Part shown: positions 12,169-24,564 of the stretch, piece by piece | Layout of the letters: each line of letters starts with the position of its first letter | Position numbering within the stretch: position 1 is the stretch's first letter | Source: Ranitomeya imitator | Lineage: Eukaryota | NCBI RefSeq assembly: GCF_032444005.1 | Contig: NC_091283.1 | Location: forward strand, 24,800,001-24,864,000 | Direction of reading: 5' to 3' | DNA: 64,000 bases | The notes under the pieces: model-generated | The model's database searches: none | Told to the model about the DNA's origin: nothing | Seen by the model: the letters and a program-made list of their open reading frames with translations, nothing else | Program-made: the position numbers and the translations under genes

Positions 12169-12517
12169 GTAAAATACCTGGAGAATTATAATGGCAGAAC
12201 AGTTTTAGCATTTGGTGAACATGGTAAAAAAAAAATCCAAAAACCAGTTGTGGAATTGCAATTTCACTGCACTTGGAATTTTTTTCCCATTCTCCAGTAC
12301 AAGATATGGTAAAACCAATGGTGACGTTCAAAAGTACAACTCGTCCCGCAAGAAACAAGACCTCACATGGCCATGTTGACCAAAAAATAAAAAAAAGTTA
12401 TGGCTCTGAGAAGAAAAGGAGCAAAAAACAGAAATGCAAAAATGAAAGAAGGGTTTTGGAGTGAAGGAGTTAAAAATTGTAGATAAAATCTAATCATTTC
12501 AACCTCCCTCCATGCAG

Positions 12518-12636
12518 TTTCCTTATCGGAGAGGATGGCCTCGTGTACGAGGGCAGAGGATGGACGACACTCGGGGCGCATGCCACATCCTACAACCCCA
12601 TCTCCACAGGCATCAGCTTCATAGGCTCCTTCACCA
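12518..12636 (+). CDS. pglyrp1: PGRP exon 3
   Basis: CAG acceptor. Translates (N)[39 protein letters not shown]. Donor GTGAGT at 12637. Confidence 0.95.
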
Positions 12637-12736
12637 GTGAGTGGAGATATCTTCTGTGCATGTGACCGCGATGGTTTTGGGAAAGTTTTCTCAGTTCTCT
12701 TCTCTTTTGCTCGCGTTCTTTCTTGTTTTTTTTCAG

Positions 12737-12915
12737 ACCGTGCTCCCAACTCTGCTGCTCTGAACGCAGCGAGGAGCCTCATCGCTTGTGCGGTCTCCAA
12801 GAATCTCATCAAGGGGAGTTATGCACTGAAGGGACATCGCAATGTGATGAGCACAAGCTGCCCAGGGAACAGCCTGTACCGGGTGATTCAGGGCTGGCCG
12901 CACTTCAAGGCCTGA
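12737..12915 (+). CDS. pglyrp1: PGRP exon 4 (terminal)
   Basis: TTTCAG acceptor. Translates (N)RAPNSAALNAARSLIACAV...GHRNVMSTSCPGNSLY...FKA*. The four exons total 549 nt = 182 codons + stop. Confidence 0.95.
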
Positions 12916-14259
12916 GCTCCATGTTCCCAGAGATCCAACGTCCAGAATCCGAAGACATCATAAAGCTTCAAGAAGAGGCCAAAGCTGAGACTATCCACCG
13001 GTGGTGACGCCATGACGCTTCCCTCATCATCATTGTAGGATTATAGACACATTCATCGCATATCATTTGCCATTTTTTCCTGGTACATATTCTGTTGTAT
13101 TTTCGCACATGAGGCATGTCTACGCTCTTCTCCAGGAAAACCGTCTGAATCACAAAAAGCTGGAAGATTCAATGAATGGTTCACTGCAATGATGAGGGCC
13201 TGTTCACACATAGCATTTTTGCTGCGTTTTTTTTCCATGCAGAAAGCAGCGATTTACTGTAGCAGCAAAACCTTATTCATAAAAGCCGTTTTTTGTCCTG
13301 GCGGTTCTTCTTTAGACTGCACACGTTCACTGCTTTCAGCGGTTTTTACCCATTCAACTGAATGCATAAAAAAACGCATCAATAATGTGCGTAACTCAGG
13401 CAGCATTTTTCCTGCCACCACTCTGCGTTTTTCATGCAGACAAAAAACCGACTGCAAAAAAGCACTGTGCGAACGTCCGCTAAAGAATTCAAGGTTTCTT
13501 ATTTTCTAACACATTATTTAGAAATATATTAGTGATTGTCAATACTCTGGGCCTCTGCTAGAGCCGCAGGGTGAAGGCCGTAACACGCCGGCAGGGATCC
13601 AGTATGGCTGCTTGGGTACGGACTCCATGTGCGCCCCAGGGTCATCTTCCTGCATAAACCCATTAATCTTCTTTTTCCCTTGGTAATACGATCTCTATCC
13701 AGCATAAGGATCCGGCCGTTAAGGTCAAGAACCTCCGCATGTATGGAACAATAGTGTAAGGGGCGTACATACAAGTCCATGGATCTGAAGGCCCCGTATC
13801 TAACCGCTTAGATACCACAGTCACTGTTCACCATGGCACCTCTACTGTATAACTGCTGTGATCGGAGCCATCTCTAATGTCACCAGTTCCCGACAAGTGG
13901 CTGCTGTGTAAATGGCTGGCACCCGCCGGGTATACAATGGGGGCTTTAGGGTACACTCACATAGCAAATAGAAAAAAAAAAAAAAAGGTCCCATTCTCAT
14001 CCAGAAAAGTTGGATGATCTTTTCTCACTTGTCATCCGTGTACAATCTGTTTTTTTACTCTGCAGTTATTAATCTTTTAAAGGACAAGTTACAGTTTCCA
14101 ATGCTACAGAATTGGAACGTGCTGTAAAAATTGGATGCCATACTGATGGTCCGAGTACTGATGGTCCGCACACTGAGGGTCCGCGTACTAGTCTGCACCA
14201 CATGCAATTTTTTTTCTCATACACATGAGATTTTAAAGAGAAATTGCAGCACACTGATT

Positions 14260-16578
14260 ACAGATGAGAAATACACATACACTAGACCTCATTTTCACCC
14301 ACCTCTGTTCCATATCTAATCTCACAACCTCTCCTCCCTATCTGACCACCATCTACTCACCTTCTCATCCTTGTCCTCCTCACCTGCCCCCCAGGTCCAG
14401 CCACTACCATATCCTCGCAGAAACCTTGCACACCTTGACATTCATAGACTCTCATCTATCTGTGTCTTCCACCGCTTTCTATAACTCCACCCTCACATCA
14501 GCCATAGACTCAGTCGCCCCTCTCATGCATGGCAAAGTGCGACAAATTAATAGGCAACTCTGGCACAACAATCTCACCAAAAAACTTCGACAAGCATCCA
14601 GGGTCGCAGAGCGGCATTGGAAGAAAACACGCCTGCCTGACAACTTCACCACTTTCAAACAAGCTACACTTGCCTTCAAATTAGCCCTCACCTCTGCTAA
14701 ACAGACCTATTTCACAAACTTTATATCTTCATTATCCAAAATCCAAAACAACTGTTCAGCACATTCAACTCTCTCCTTCGCCCACCACTGCCACCTCCAA
14801 CTCCCCTTATCTCTTCTGAGGACTTTGCCACCTACTTCAAAAATAACATCGACTAAACAAGGCAAACCTTTACTGTTCCACCACCCCAACCACTCCATAT
14901 ACCAGACCTCTGCCCTTCCCTAATAACTTCCCTCTCCATCATTACTGAAGGAGAGATTACTCACCTCCTTTCCAAATCACGCCTCACCACCTGTGCATTT
15001 GACCCCATCCCTTCCCACCTGCTCCCCAACCTCACTAACACACCCATTCCAGCCCTAACCGATCTCTTCAACCTATCGCTATCTTCTGGTATCTTCCCCT
15101 CTGCCTTCAAACATGCCACCATTAAACCCATCCTCAAAAAACCTAACCTTGACACAACTGCTATGCCCAGCTATTGCCCCATATCACTGCTCCCGTTTGC
15201 TTCCAAACTCCTTGAGCAGCATGTCCATGCTCATCTTTCCTCCCACCTCCCATCTAACTCTCTCCTTGACAACCTCCAATCTGGCTTCCGCCCCCACCAC
15301 TCCACCGAAACTGCTCTGAAAATTACTAATGACTTCCAGCCAAAGCCAACAGACAGTTCTCCATCCTCCTCCTTCTCGACCTGTCCTCTGCCTCCGACAG
15401 TCGACCACTGCCTACTGCTACAGATTCTTTCTTCCCTTGGCATAGAAGACCTTGCCCTGTCCTGGATTGCCTCATACCTTTCCGACCGCACATTTAGCCT
15501 TTCCCACTCCCACACTACCTCCTCATCTGTTGGTGTCCCTCAAGGCTCTGTCCTGGGGTCTCTACTCTTTTCTATCTATACCCTTGGCCTAGGACAACTC
15601 AAAGTCCCATGGCTTCCAGAACCACCTGTACGCGGACGACACTTAGATCTACATCTCTGGCCCAGATGTCACCTCTCTGTCCAGAATCCCAGAGTGTCTG
15701 TCAACCATATCCTCCTTCTTCACCTCTGGGTTCCTAAAATTCAATATAGACAAGACCAAACTCATCATCTTTCCTCCATCTCGCGTATCTCCCCTACCCA
15801 ACCTATCTATTATGGTAAACAGCATCACACTCTCTCCCACACCTGAAATCCGCTGCCTTGGAGTAACTCTCGACTCCGCCCTGTCCTTCAAACCACACGT
15901 CCAAACTCTTGACACCTCCAACTCAAAAATATTTCCAGAATCCGTCCCTTCCTCAGCCCTCAATCTACTAAAACTCTTGTGCATGCCCTCATCATCTCCC
16001 GCCTTGATTACTGCAACACCCTCCTCTGTGGCCTCCCCGCTAACTCTCTTGCACTACTCCAGTCTGTCCTCAACGCTGCTGCCCGGCTAATCCACCTCTC
16101 TCCTCGCTACTCACATTTCTTCCCTCTGCAAATCCTTCCACTGGCTCCCAATTCCCCAACGAATCCATTTCATATTACTAACACTGACCTACAAAGCCAT
16201 CCACAACCTTTCTCATCCATATATCTCTGAACTAATCTCACAATATCTTCCGATTATTCACCACCCTCGGATCCTTCAGACGGAACCTGAAAACCCATCT
16301 CTTCAGGAAAGCCTACAGCCTGCAATAACCATTCTGCCGCCTCACCAACGACCCGAGCTGCCGCCTCACCACCACCCGAGCTGCTGCACCCCCGACCTTC
16401 TGTCTCTTCCCCATTATCCCGTAGAATGTAAGTCCACAAGGACAGGGTCCTCTCCCCTCTGTACCAGTCTGTCATTGTAAATTTGTTTACTGTAAATGAT
16501 ATCTATAACTCTGCATGTAACCCCTTCTCATGTACAGCACCACGGAATTAATGACGCTATACAAATAAATAATAATAA
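14260..16578 (+). mobile_element. Degenerate 5'-truncated L2 LINE
   Basis: Frameshifted RT pieces ([51 protein letters not shown]) and an (AAT)n-type tail at about 16565-16578. Confidence 0.88.
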
Positions 16579-17357
16579 TCTGCACTGAATAACATTGGTC
16601 CGACTGAATTACCTTTATTTCTCGCTTTGCATTCATCCGATTTATATGCCAATGTGCGCAAACCCTAATAAAATTCCAACTGGTAAGAGTTTAGCAAAAA
16701 GATTTGCAGCACCCTGTATCCAAAACAGCAAGTCAATAGACAAGAGCCCCCTGAACTTCCTTTTAGCTGCAGCTTCCCTAGTGCTGCTTCCGATTTGTAG
16801 GTCCCCCACAGCGCCAAGTGTGCGTCGCAACGTAATGATGTTGAGGGGACTACACCTGCTGATAACAGATGTTCATTTATATTTCTGTCTGCTTATTGGG
16901 GAAGAATGGGACACATTCTGACCCCACAAGAGGCATACACATTTACCCCCTATATACGCCATATAAACAGTGCTCCATTCAAGTACTTAGCGCATCTCAT
17001 AGTATATGTTATAGAGCACGTTACATCAGGACAGGGTATCATCACAAATCACGGCTGTTTACCCCCATTAGATACTGCAGTTACTAGAAGAAGGAGACTC
17101 TTCTTTACCCCATTGTTTACATCCCCCTTGCATACCAGGAACACCGCACAAGACCAGACAATATGCTGAAAAACCATGTAACAAAAACACAGAAGTTTGA
17201 GGATTCTGCTCAATGGAGCAAAGATACAAAACTGGAAATGTTAAATTCAGTTCAAGGGCAGCAACTACATTATTACGCGGGATAGAGGCCGCTCCTATAT
17301 TACACGGGATGGAGGCCGCTCATATGCGGAGAGGTTGGAAAATTTGAGTTTTTTTAA

Positions 17358-17807
17358 AGGGAATCTGTCACCTACTTTTTCGTATATAAGCTTCGGCCAC
17401 CGCCATCAGGGGCTTATCTACAGCATTCTGTATTGCATTTTGTAATGCTGTAGATAAGCCCCGGTGTAACCTGAAAGATAAGAAAAATAAGTTATATTAT
17501 ACTCACCCAGGGGCGGTCCAGTCCGATGGGCATCGCGGTCCAGGTTCGGCGCCTCCCATCTACATGCGATGACATCCTTTGCCTTGCTTCCTGTCGTGGC
17601 TCCTGCGCAGGTGTACTGTATCTGCCCTACCCGGACCGCGACGCCCATAGGACCAGACCGCCCCTGGGTGAGTATAATCTAACTTGTTTTTCTTATCTTT
17701 CAGGATACATCGGGGGCTTATCTTCAACATTACAGAATGCTGTAGATAAGCCCCTGACTGCGGTGGCCGAAGCTTATATATACGAAAAATTAGGTGACAG
17801 ATTCCCT
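17358..17807. mobile_element. T2/Kolobok-type palindromic MITE
   Basis: TTAA|AGGGAATCTGTCACCT ... AGGTGACAGATTCCCT|TTAA with long internal inverted symmetry. Confidence 0.88.
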
Positions 17808-17819
17808 TTAAGCTTAGAA

Positions 17820-18192
17820 AAAAAGACGCCTCAGAGGAGATCTCATTTACATGGATAAATACTTGTGCGGTCAGAACAGGGGCTGGCACATGACTTATTC
17901 CTACCAAAGAAGATACCAAGGACCATGGGGCAATAATTACAAGTGGAAGAAAGGCGATTCCTGCAGCTAAATAGGAAAGGGTTCTTTAAAGTTAGAGCAG
18001 TCAGACTGTGGAATGCCGACCACAAGAGGTAGTAATGGCCGACACCATAACAGCTCTTATACAAGGGCTGGATGATTTCCTCGAAAAACATAACATTGCG
18101 AGTTATAGTTAAATAAGTGACAAATGAACAATTTGTGGAGAACAGTTGAACTTGATGGACTGAGGGCTTTTTTCAACCTTTGTAACTATGTA
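17820..18192 (+). mobile_element. CR1 3'-end fragment
   Basis: Degenerate CR1 ORF2 end (GFFKVRAVRLWN-like), 3' UTR TTGAACTTGATGGAC and terminal TAACTATGTA. Confidence 0.75.
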
Positions 18193-18613
18193 TAAAAAAA
18201 GAATCATAAATTTTATTTGTCCCCAAGAATGGAATCATTAAAAATTACAAATCACGCGCTCAGAAAACAAACCCTCACATGGCTGCATCCACCAAAAAAT
18301 AAAGACTTTATAGGTCTCAGAATATGCCGGTCATACCATCAAACAAATACAGAAATGTCTCCAAATTCACGTCTCAGAACTGACACAGACAAGTGCTGGA
18401 TTCTGATGATTCCTCCAAGGTGCATCAGCTCGAGCTTTCATATATTAGAAATTATGAGGAGAAAAGTCGAGGTGATGAGTCCTGTAACAGTCTCTGACCA
18501 CTTTGTAATAATTACAATTAATAAAACAGAATTCCTTATTTTCTCTCTTTGTTATTGTAACGGCCTCTCAGGATCGAAGATCCAGCTGATTTGGCCAGAT
18601 ATCATGGACAATG

Positions 18614-19396
18614 TCAATGTTGACTTTCTAATTTGAGTGCCGCATGCTTTACATGTACTTTTTTGTGCTTGATGAGGCTGGAGTTTTGATTGAAGGCTTT
18701 CCCGCATTGGTTACAGACATACGGTCTCTCTCCGGAGTGAGTTCTCTGATGCTCAGTCAGGTTTGACCTCTGCGTGTAGCTCTTCCCGCAGGCCCTGCAC
18801 GTGTACGGCCTCAGCCCCGTGTGAGCTCTCTGGTGAGCAATGAGGTTGGAGATCTGAGTGAACCGTCGGCCGCATTCGCTGCAGGAGAACGGTTGCTCCC
18901 CTCTGTGCGCCCTCAGATGCGTAACGAGGTGAGAACTATGAGAGAACCTTTTCCCACACTCTGTGCACACATAAGGACGCTCTCCTGTGTGCGCCCTCTG
19001 ATGGGTCACAAGGTTGGATACAAGAGTAAACCTTTTTTCGCAGTCGCTGCAGACATACGGCTTCTCGCCCGAGTGTGCCCTGTGATGTGCGATTAGGTTT
19101 GAGCTGTCAGTAAAAGTTTTTTCGCAGTCGCTGCAGGCGTATGGCCGCTCTCCTGTATGCATCCTCTGGTGTTTTACAAGATTTGAGTTATCCGTAAAGC
19201 CTTTGCTGCAGATGATGCAGATGTACGGCTTCTCCCCGGTGTGGAGCCTATGGTGTGTAACCAGCGATGATCTCCGGGTGAAACTTTTCCCACAATCTGT
19301 ACATGTAAACCTCTTTCCATCCCCGGGCTGCGCCTGTTCATCCTCACACGGTGTAATGTTTGGGGCAGTGATTGCTCTTGGGTGACTTTTCTCCAT
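18614..19396 (-). CDS. C2H2 zinc-finger protein, 8 tandem fingers (last exon; upstream frame disrupted)
   Basis: 260-aa ORF with 8 CxxC-x12-HxxxH fingers and TGEKP-type linkers. Candidate acceptors at 19568 and 19576. No KRAB exon seen. Confidence 0.88.
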   Translation of the reverse strand: MEKSHPRAITAPNITPCEDEQAQPGDGKRFTCTDCGKSFTRRSSLVTHHRLHTGEKPYICIICSKGFTDNSNLVKHQRMHTGERPYACSDCEKTFTDSSNLIAHHRAHSGEKPYVCSDCEKRFTLVSNLVTHQRAHTGERPYVCTECGKRFSHSSHLVTHLRAHRGEQPFSCSECGRRFTQISNLIAHQRAHTGLRPYTCRACGKSYTQRSNLTEHQRTHSGERPYVCNQCGKAFNQNSSLIKHKKVHVKHAALKLESQH

Positions 19397-20434
19397 TTTT
19401 CACCTTGTGTCTCTTTATGACTGGATGGAGTTTCTTGACATTCGGGCGACTCAGTGACACGCACCCGCCTCTGTAAGTCTGAGCGTTGTGTCTCCTACAG
19501 TGGAATCACTTGACATCTCTCATCATTGATGGAAGGATGGTAACAGGAGCTCAGACGTACAGACGCGGCTGAAAATCTGTGAAAACAGAAAAACATTTTA
19601 TTTTTTTAAAATAATAATTTAAACTTCTTATATTGTTCCATAATCAAGTTCTGATGCTCAAGTCCCATCGTAGGCAGCTGTGAAAGAGCAGGCGGAAAAA
19701 CAATCACTGTCACCAGATTACAGCTACACAACACAAAGCAAAGGGCGGTGCTCTGAGCTCTCACAACAATGCAAATCACCCGCCGCACACTCCACAAGAC
19801 TCGCCATATACCGGAAACACCCCACAAGACCCGCCGTATACAGAGAAAACCCCTCAAGACCCGCCATATACAGAGAAAACCCCACAAGACCTGCCGTATA
19901 CCAGGAACACCCCACAAGACCTGCCGTATACCAGGAACACCCCACAAGACCTGCTGTATACCAGAGAAAATCCCACAAGACCTGCTGTATACCGGGAACA
20001 CCCCACAAGACCTGCCGTATACCAGGAACACCCCTCAAGACCCGCCGTATACCGGGAGCACCCCACAAGACCCGCCGTATACAGAGAAAACCCCACAAGA
20101 CCTGCCGTATACAGAGAAAACCCCACAAGACCTGCTGTATACCGGGAACACCGCTCAAGACCTGCCGTATACCGGGAACACCCCACAAGACCTGCCGTAT
20201 ACAGAGAAAACCCCACAAGACCTGCAGTATACAGAGAAAACCCCACAAGACCTGCTGTTTACCGGGAACATCCCTCAAGACCCGCCGTATACAGAGAAAA
20301 CCCCACAAGACCCGCCGTATACAGAGAAAACCCCCACAAGACCCGCCGTATACAGAGAAAACCCCACAAGACCCGCCGTATACAGAGAAAACCCCACAAG
20401 ACCTGCCGTATACCGGGAACACCGCTCAAGACCT

Positions 20435-23400
20435 ATAATAATAATAATAATAATTTTTATTTATATAGCGCCAACATATTCCGCAGCGCTTTACAAATTA
20501 TAGAGGGGACTTGTACATACAATAGACATTACAGCATAACAGAAATACAGTTCAAAACAGATATCAAGAGGAGTGAGGGCCCTGCTCGTAAGCTTACAAA
20601 CTATGAGGAAAAGGGGAGACACGAGAGGTGGATGGTAACAATTGCTATAGTTATTCGGACCAGCCATAGTGTAAGGCTTGGGTGTTCATGTAAAGCTGCA
20701 TGAACCAGTTAATTAATTTTTTTTTTTTTTTTTTAATATAGGCCACACAGGGATCGTTAGGTTAATGCATTGAGGCGGTAGGCCAGTCTGAACAAATGAG
20801 TTTTTAGGGCACGCTTAAAACTGTGGGGATTGGGGATTAATCGTATTATCCTAGGTAGTGCATTCCAAAGAATCGGCGCAGCACGTGTAAAGTCTTGGAG
20901 ACGGGAGTGGGAGGTTCTGATTATTGAGGATGCTAACCTGAGGTCATCAGCGGAGCGGAGGGCACGGGTAGGGTGGTAGACTGAGACCAGAGAGGAGATG
21001 TAGGGTGGTGCTGAGCCATGGAGTGCTTTGTGGATGAGGGTAGTAGTTTTGTACTGGATTCTTGAGTGGATGGGTAACCAGTGTAATGACTGGCACAAGG
21101 TAGAGGCATCGGTGTAACGGTTGGTGAGGAATATGATCCTGGCAGCAGCATTCAGGACAGATTGGAGCGGGGAGAGTTTGGTAAGAGGGAGGCCGATTAG
21201 TAGAGAGTTACAATAGTCCAGACGAGAATGAATAAGTGAAACAGTAAGAGTTTTTGCAGAGTCGAAAGTAAGAAAAGGGCGAATTCTAGAAATGTTTTTG
21301 AGATGCAGGTAAGAAGAGCGAGCCAGTGATCGGATGTGGGGGGTGAATGAAAGGTCAGAATCAAGGATGACCCCAAGGCAGCGGGCATGTTGCTTTGGAG
21401 TAATGGTGGAACCGCAAACGGAGATGGCAATGTCAGGCAAAGGTAGGTTAGTAGAGGGAGAAAACACGAGGAGTTCAGTTTTTGACAGGTTTAGTTTCAG
21501 ATAGAGGGAGGACATGATGCTAGAGACAGCGGTAAGACAATCACTGGTGTTTTCTAATAAGGCAGGCGTGAGATTAGGAGAAGAAGTGTATAGTTGGGTG
21601 TCGTCAGCATAGAGATGGTACTGGAAGCCAAATCTACTGATTGTTTGTCCAATAGGGGCAGTATACAAAGAGAAGAGGAGGGGGCCTAGGACTGATCCTT
21701 GAGGAACCCCAACAGTAAGGGGAAGGTGAGAGGAGGAGGAACCAGCGAAACATACAGTGAAGGATCGGTCAGAGAGATAGGAGGAGAACCAGGAGAGAAC
21801 GGTGTCCTTGAGGCCGATGGAGCGGAGCATAGTGAGGAGGAGCTGATGATCCACAGTATCAAATGCTGCAGAGAGATCCAAGAGAATTAGCATGGAGTAG
21901 TGACCATTAGATTTAGCTGTTAGTAGGTCATTAGAGACTTTAGTGAGGGCAGTTTCAGTAGAGTGTAAAGAGCGGAAACCAGATTGAAGAGGGTCGAGAA
22001 GAGAGTTATCTGAGAGATAGCGGGTAAGACGGGAGTGGACCAGGCGTTCGAGGAGTTTAGAGATGAAGGGAAGATTAGAGACAGGTCTATAATTAGCGGC
22101 ACAGTTTTGGTCGAGGGATGGTTTTTTAAGTAATGGATGTATGATGGCATGCTTAAATGAGGAGGGAAAAATACCGGAAGTGAGGGAAAGGTTGAATATT
22201 TTTGTTAGGTGAGAGGTGACAGCCGGGGAAAGGGACTGGAGGAAATGTGACGGAATGGGGTCACTGGTGCAAGTGGTCGGGCGAGAAGATGCAAGGAGCC
22301 TGCTTACTTCTTCTTCTGTAACTGGTTCAAAGTCAGAGAGTGAACTAGATGCAGTGGGGGAGGGAGGACAGTGCATGGTATGAAGAGATTGGGAGATGAT
22401 TTCCTGTCGAATATGGTCAATTTTTTCTTTGAAGTAATTGGCCAGATTGTCAGCACGGAGATCCGTGGTTGGGGCCTGCGCTCTTGGGTTGAGTAGGGAC
22501 TGGAACGTGTCAAAGAGACGTTTAGGGTTATTGGACAGGGAGGTGATGAGGGTGTTGAAGTAGGTTTGTTTGGAGAGGTGAAGGGCAGAATTGTATGTCT
22601 TTAGCATGAACTTATAATGGATGAAATCTTCGGGTAGATTAGATTTTCTCCACAGACGTTCTGCGCACCTGGAGCACCGCTGCAGGAAACGTGTTTGCAG
22701 CGTGTGCCACGGTTGTTGCCGTCTGTGCCGAGTTGTTTTATGTATAGGAGGAGCAGCTTCATCCAGGGCACTTTGCAGGGTTTCATTGTAATGCTTCAGA
22801 GCAGAATCAGGACATGAGATGGAGGAGATTGGGGCCAATGAGGACTGCAAGTTCTTCATAAGTTCCTGGGTGTTAATGGCCTGTATGTTTCTATAAGTGT
22901 GGAAAGTGGGGGTGACCTGAGCGGGATGGCAGTTCTTGATAGAGAATGAAAGAAGGTGGTGGTCAGAGAGTGGGAGAGGGGAGTTTGTGAAATCATCCAC
23001 TGAGCAAAGCCGGGAGAAGACCAAGTCAAGGGAGTTTCCATCTTCATGTGTTGGCGAGTTAGTATGCTGCGAGAGGCCGAAAGAGGAGGTTAGAGCCAAA
23101 AGGTGAGAAGCAGATGGGGAGAGGGGAGAGGCAATAGGGATGTTGAAATCACCCATGATAAGGGTGGGGGTGTCACAGGAAAGAAAGTGTGGAAGCCAGG
23201 TGGCAAAGTGATCCAGGAACTGATGAGAGGGGCCGGGAGGACGATACACCACCACCACTCGCATGGAGAAGGGGACGTAGAGTCTGACCACATGGACCTC
23301 AAAGGAAGGGAAGACAAGTGAGGGTACTTGGGGGATAACTTGGAAAGTACATTTTGGTGAAAGGAGCAGACCAACGCCTCCACCTGCTCTGTTGTCCGAT

Positions 23401-24564
23401 CTTGGGGTATGAGAAAAGTGTAGTGCACCATATGAAAGAGCAGCAGCAGCAGTGGTGTCTGACTGCTGGATCCAGGTTTCAGTAAGAGCCAGGAGATTAA
23501 GAGAATTAGAAAGGAAGAAGTCATGAATGAAGGAGAGTTTATTACACACAGAGCGAGAATTCCAAAGGGCACAATTCAAAGAGACAGAAGGCATGCAGGG
23601 AATATTAATAAGGTTAGAGGGGTTTCTGGGTGTAGCAATTGGGAGGTTTGACTGGCTATAACATGGGGGGCCGGGGTTTGGAGAGATGTCTCCAGCAACT
23701 AGGAGGAGGAGGATCGAAAGAGTGAGCAGATGGTTAAGTGATTTGTGAGAGCGTCTCTTGTGTTGGATGGTGGGACTGAATGGATCTGCGCTGCTAAGCA
23801 ATGTGAACAGAGCATGAGTGCTATACATAGGAGAGGCAAGGACAGAGGGGCCGATATGGATGGAGTGTAGAGAGTTAATGCAAGGGCGGTGAATGTGAGT
23901 GAATGCAGCAGCCAGGATATAGAATATGCAAATAAATATGGTGAGTATTTGTGTTGTTTCAAGTGAATAGGGAATAGATTTAGATTGTCTTACCTGTCTC
24001 CTGCCCTGTCTATCTGCCATGTTATAACTGCCGAGTACTTAGAAAAAAAAGTACTTTGAATAAAAAATACACGAATAACAGTGCACGAATGCACCCCTGC
24101 ATGAATGCTTCCCCAAGCTAAGTCTACATTTATAGAAGGCTAGCCCTTAGATCTTCCTATTTTTTTTTTTTTTTTTTTTGTGTTAAAGCTCGTTAGCAAT
24201 CAATCAAACTCAGTTGAGACAACAGGACACAATAAATGTAGTGATCAGATAAACAAATGTCCAGGTCTACATGGATCATAGACCACTTTGAAACAGTTAT
24301 GTGATCTCGCTGAGTAAGGACATGCAAAGTCAGATTAAATATCTATAAACACAAAAAATGCATAATAGGATGACTAACATATATAGATATATGCAGGATT
24401 CAATGCCGAAGATGGAATGACTCAGATACCATTCAAGCTGCTTGCTGTCAGGGACTGGAGCAATAGACATGCAGGATATTTCAGCTCAGAGAATGAATGA
24501 TCTGTTTACCATTCAAGCTGCTTGCTGTCAGGGACTGGAGCAATAGACATGCAGGATATTTCAG
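20435..24564 (-). mobile_element. Young, possibly full-length L2 LINE (about 4.1 kb)
   Basis: (TAT)n/(ATA)n tail at 20435-20455, intact ORF, no clear TSD (only CT shared). Confidence 0.92.
20757..24020 (-). CDS. L2 ORF2: hydrophobic N-terminus + 2A-like motif + APE endonuclease + reverse transcriptase (1087 aa, uninterrupted)
   Basis: GDISPNPGP; LWNSRS, LALTETW, GGGVG, MGDFN, LSDH (APE); [30 protein letters not shown] (RT). Confidence 0.95.
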   Translation of the reverse strand: MADRQGRRQVRQSKSIPYSLETTQILTIFICIFYILAAAFTHIHRPCINSLHSIHIGPSVLASPMYSTHALFTLLSSADPFSPTIQHKRRSHKSLNHLLTLSILLLLVAGDISPNPGPPCYSQSNLPIATPRNPSNLINIPCMPSVSLNCALWNSRSVCNKLSFIHDFFLSNSLNLLALTETWIQQSDTTAAAALSYGALHFSHTPRSDNRAGGGVGLLLSPKCTFQVIPQVPSLVFPSFEVHVVRLYVPFSMRVVVVYRPPGPSHQFLDHFATWLPHFLSCDTPTLIMGDFNIPIASPLSPSASHLLALTSSFGLSQHTNSPTHEDGNSLDLVFSRLCSVDDFTNSPLPLSDHHLLSFSIKNCHPAQVTPTFHTYRNIQAINTQELMKNLQSSLAPISSISCPDSALKHYNETLQSALDEAAPPIHKTTRHRRQQPWHTLQTRFLQRCSRCAERLWRKSNLPEDFIHYKFMLKTYNSALHLSKQTYFNTLITSLSNNPKRLFDTFQSLLNPRAQAPTTDLRADNLANYFKEKIDHIRQEIISQSLHTMHCPPSPTASSSLSDFEPVTEEEVSRLLASSRPTTCTSDPIPSHFLQSLSPAVTSHLTKIFNLSLTSGIFPSSFKHAIIHPLLKKPSLDQNCAANYRPVSNLPFISKLLERLVHSRLTRYLSDNSLLDPLQSGFRSLHSTETALTKVSNDLLTAKSNGHYSMLILLDLSAAFDTVDHQLLLTMLRSIGLKDTVLSWFSSYLSDRSFTVCFAGSSSSHLPLTVGVPQGSVLGPLLFSLYTAPIGQTISRFGFQYHLYADDTQLYTSSPNLTPALLENTSDCLTAVSSIMSSLYLKLNLSKTELLVFSPSTNLPLPDIAISVCGSTITPKQHARCLGVILDSDLSFTPHIRSLARSSYLHLKNISRIRPFLTFDSAKTLTVSLIHSRLDYCNSLLIGLPLTKLSPLQSVLNAAARIIFLTNRYTDASTLCQSLHWLPIHSRIQYKTTTLIHKALHGSAPPYISSLVSVYHPTRALRSADDLRLASSIIRTSHSRLQDFTRAAPILWNALPRIIRLIPNPHSFKRALKTHLFRLAYRLNALT

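Larger units (their letters stand above)
11047..12469. mobile_element. Non-autonomous piggyBac-like element (TTAA target) in PGRP intron 2
   Basis: TTAA|CCCCTTCAC ... GTGAAGGAG|TTAA. Confidence 0.75.
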
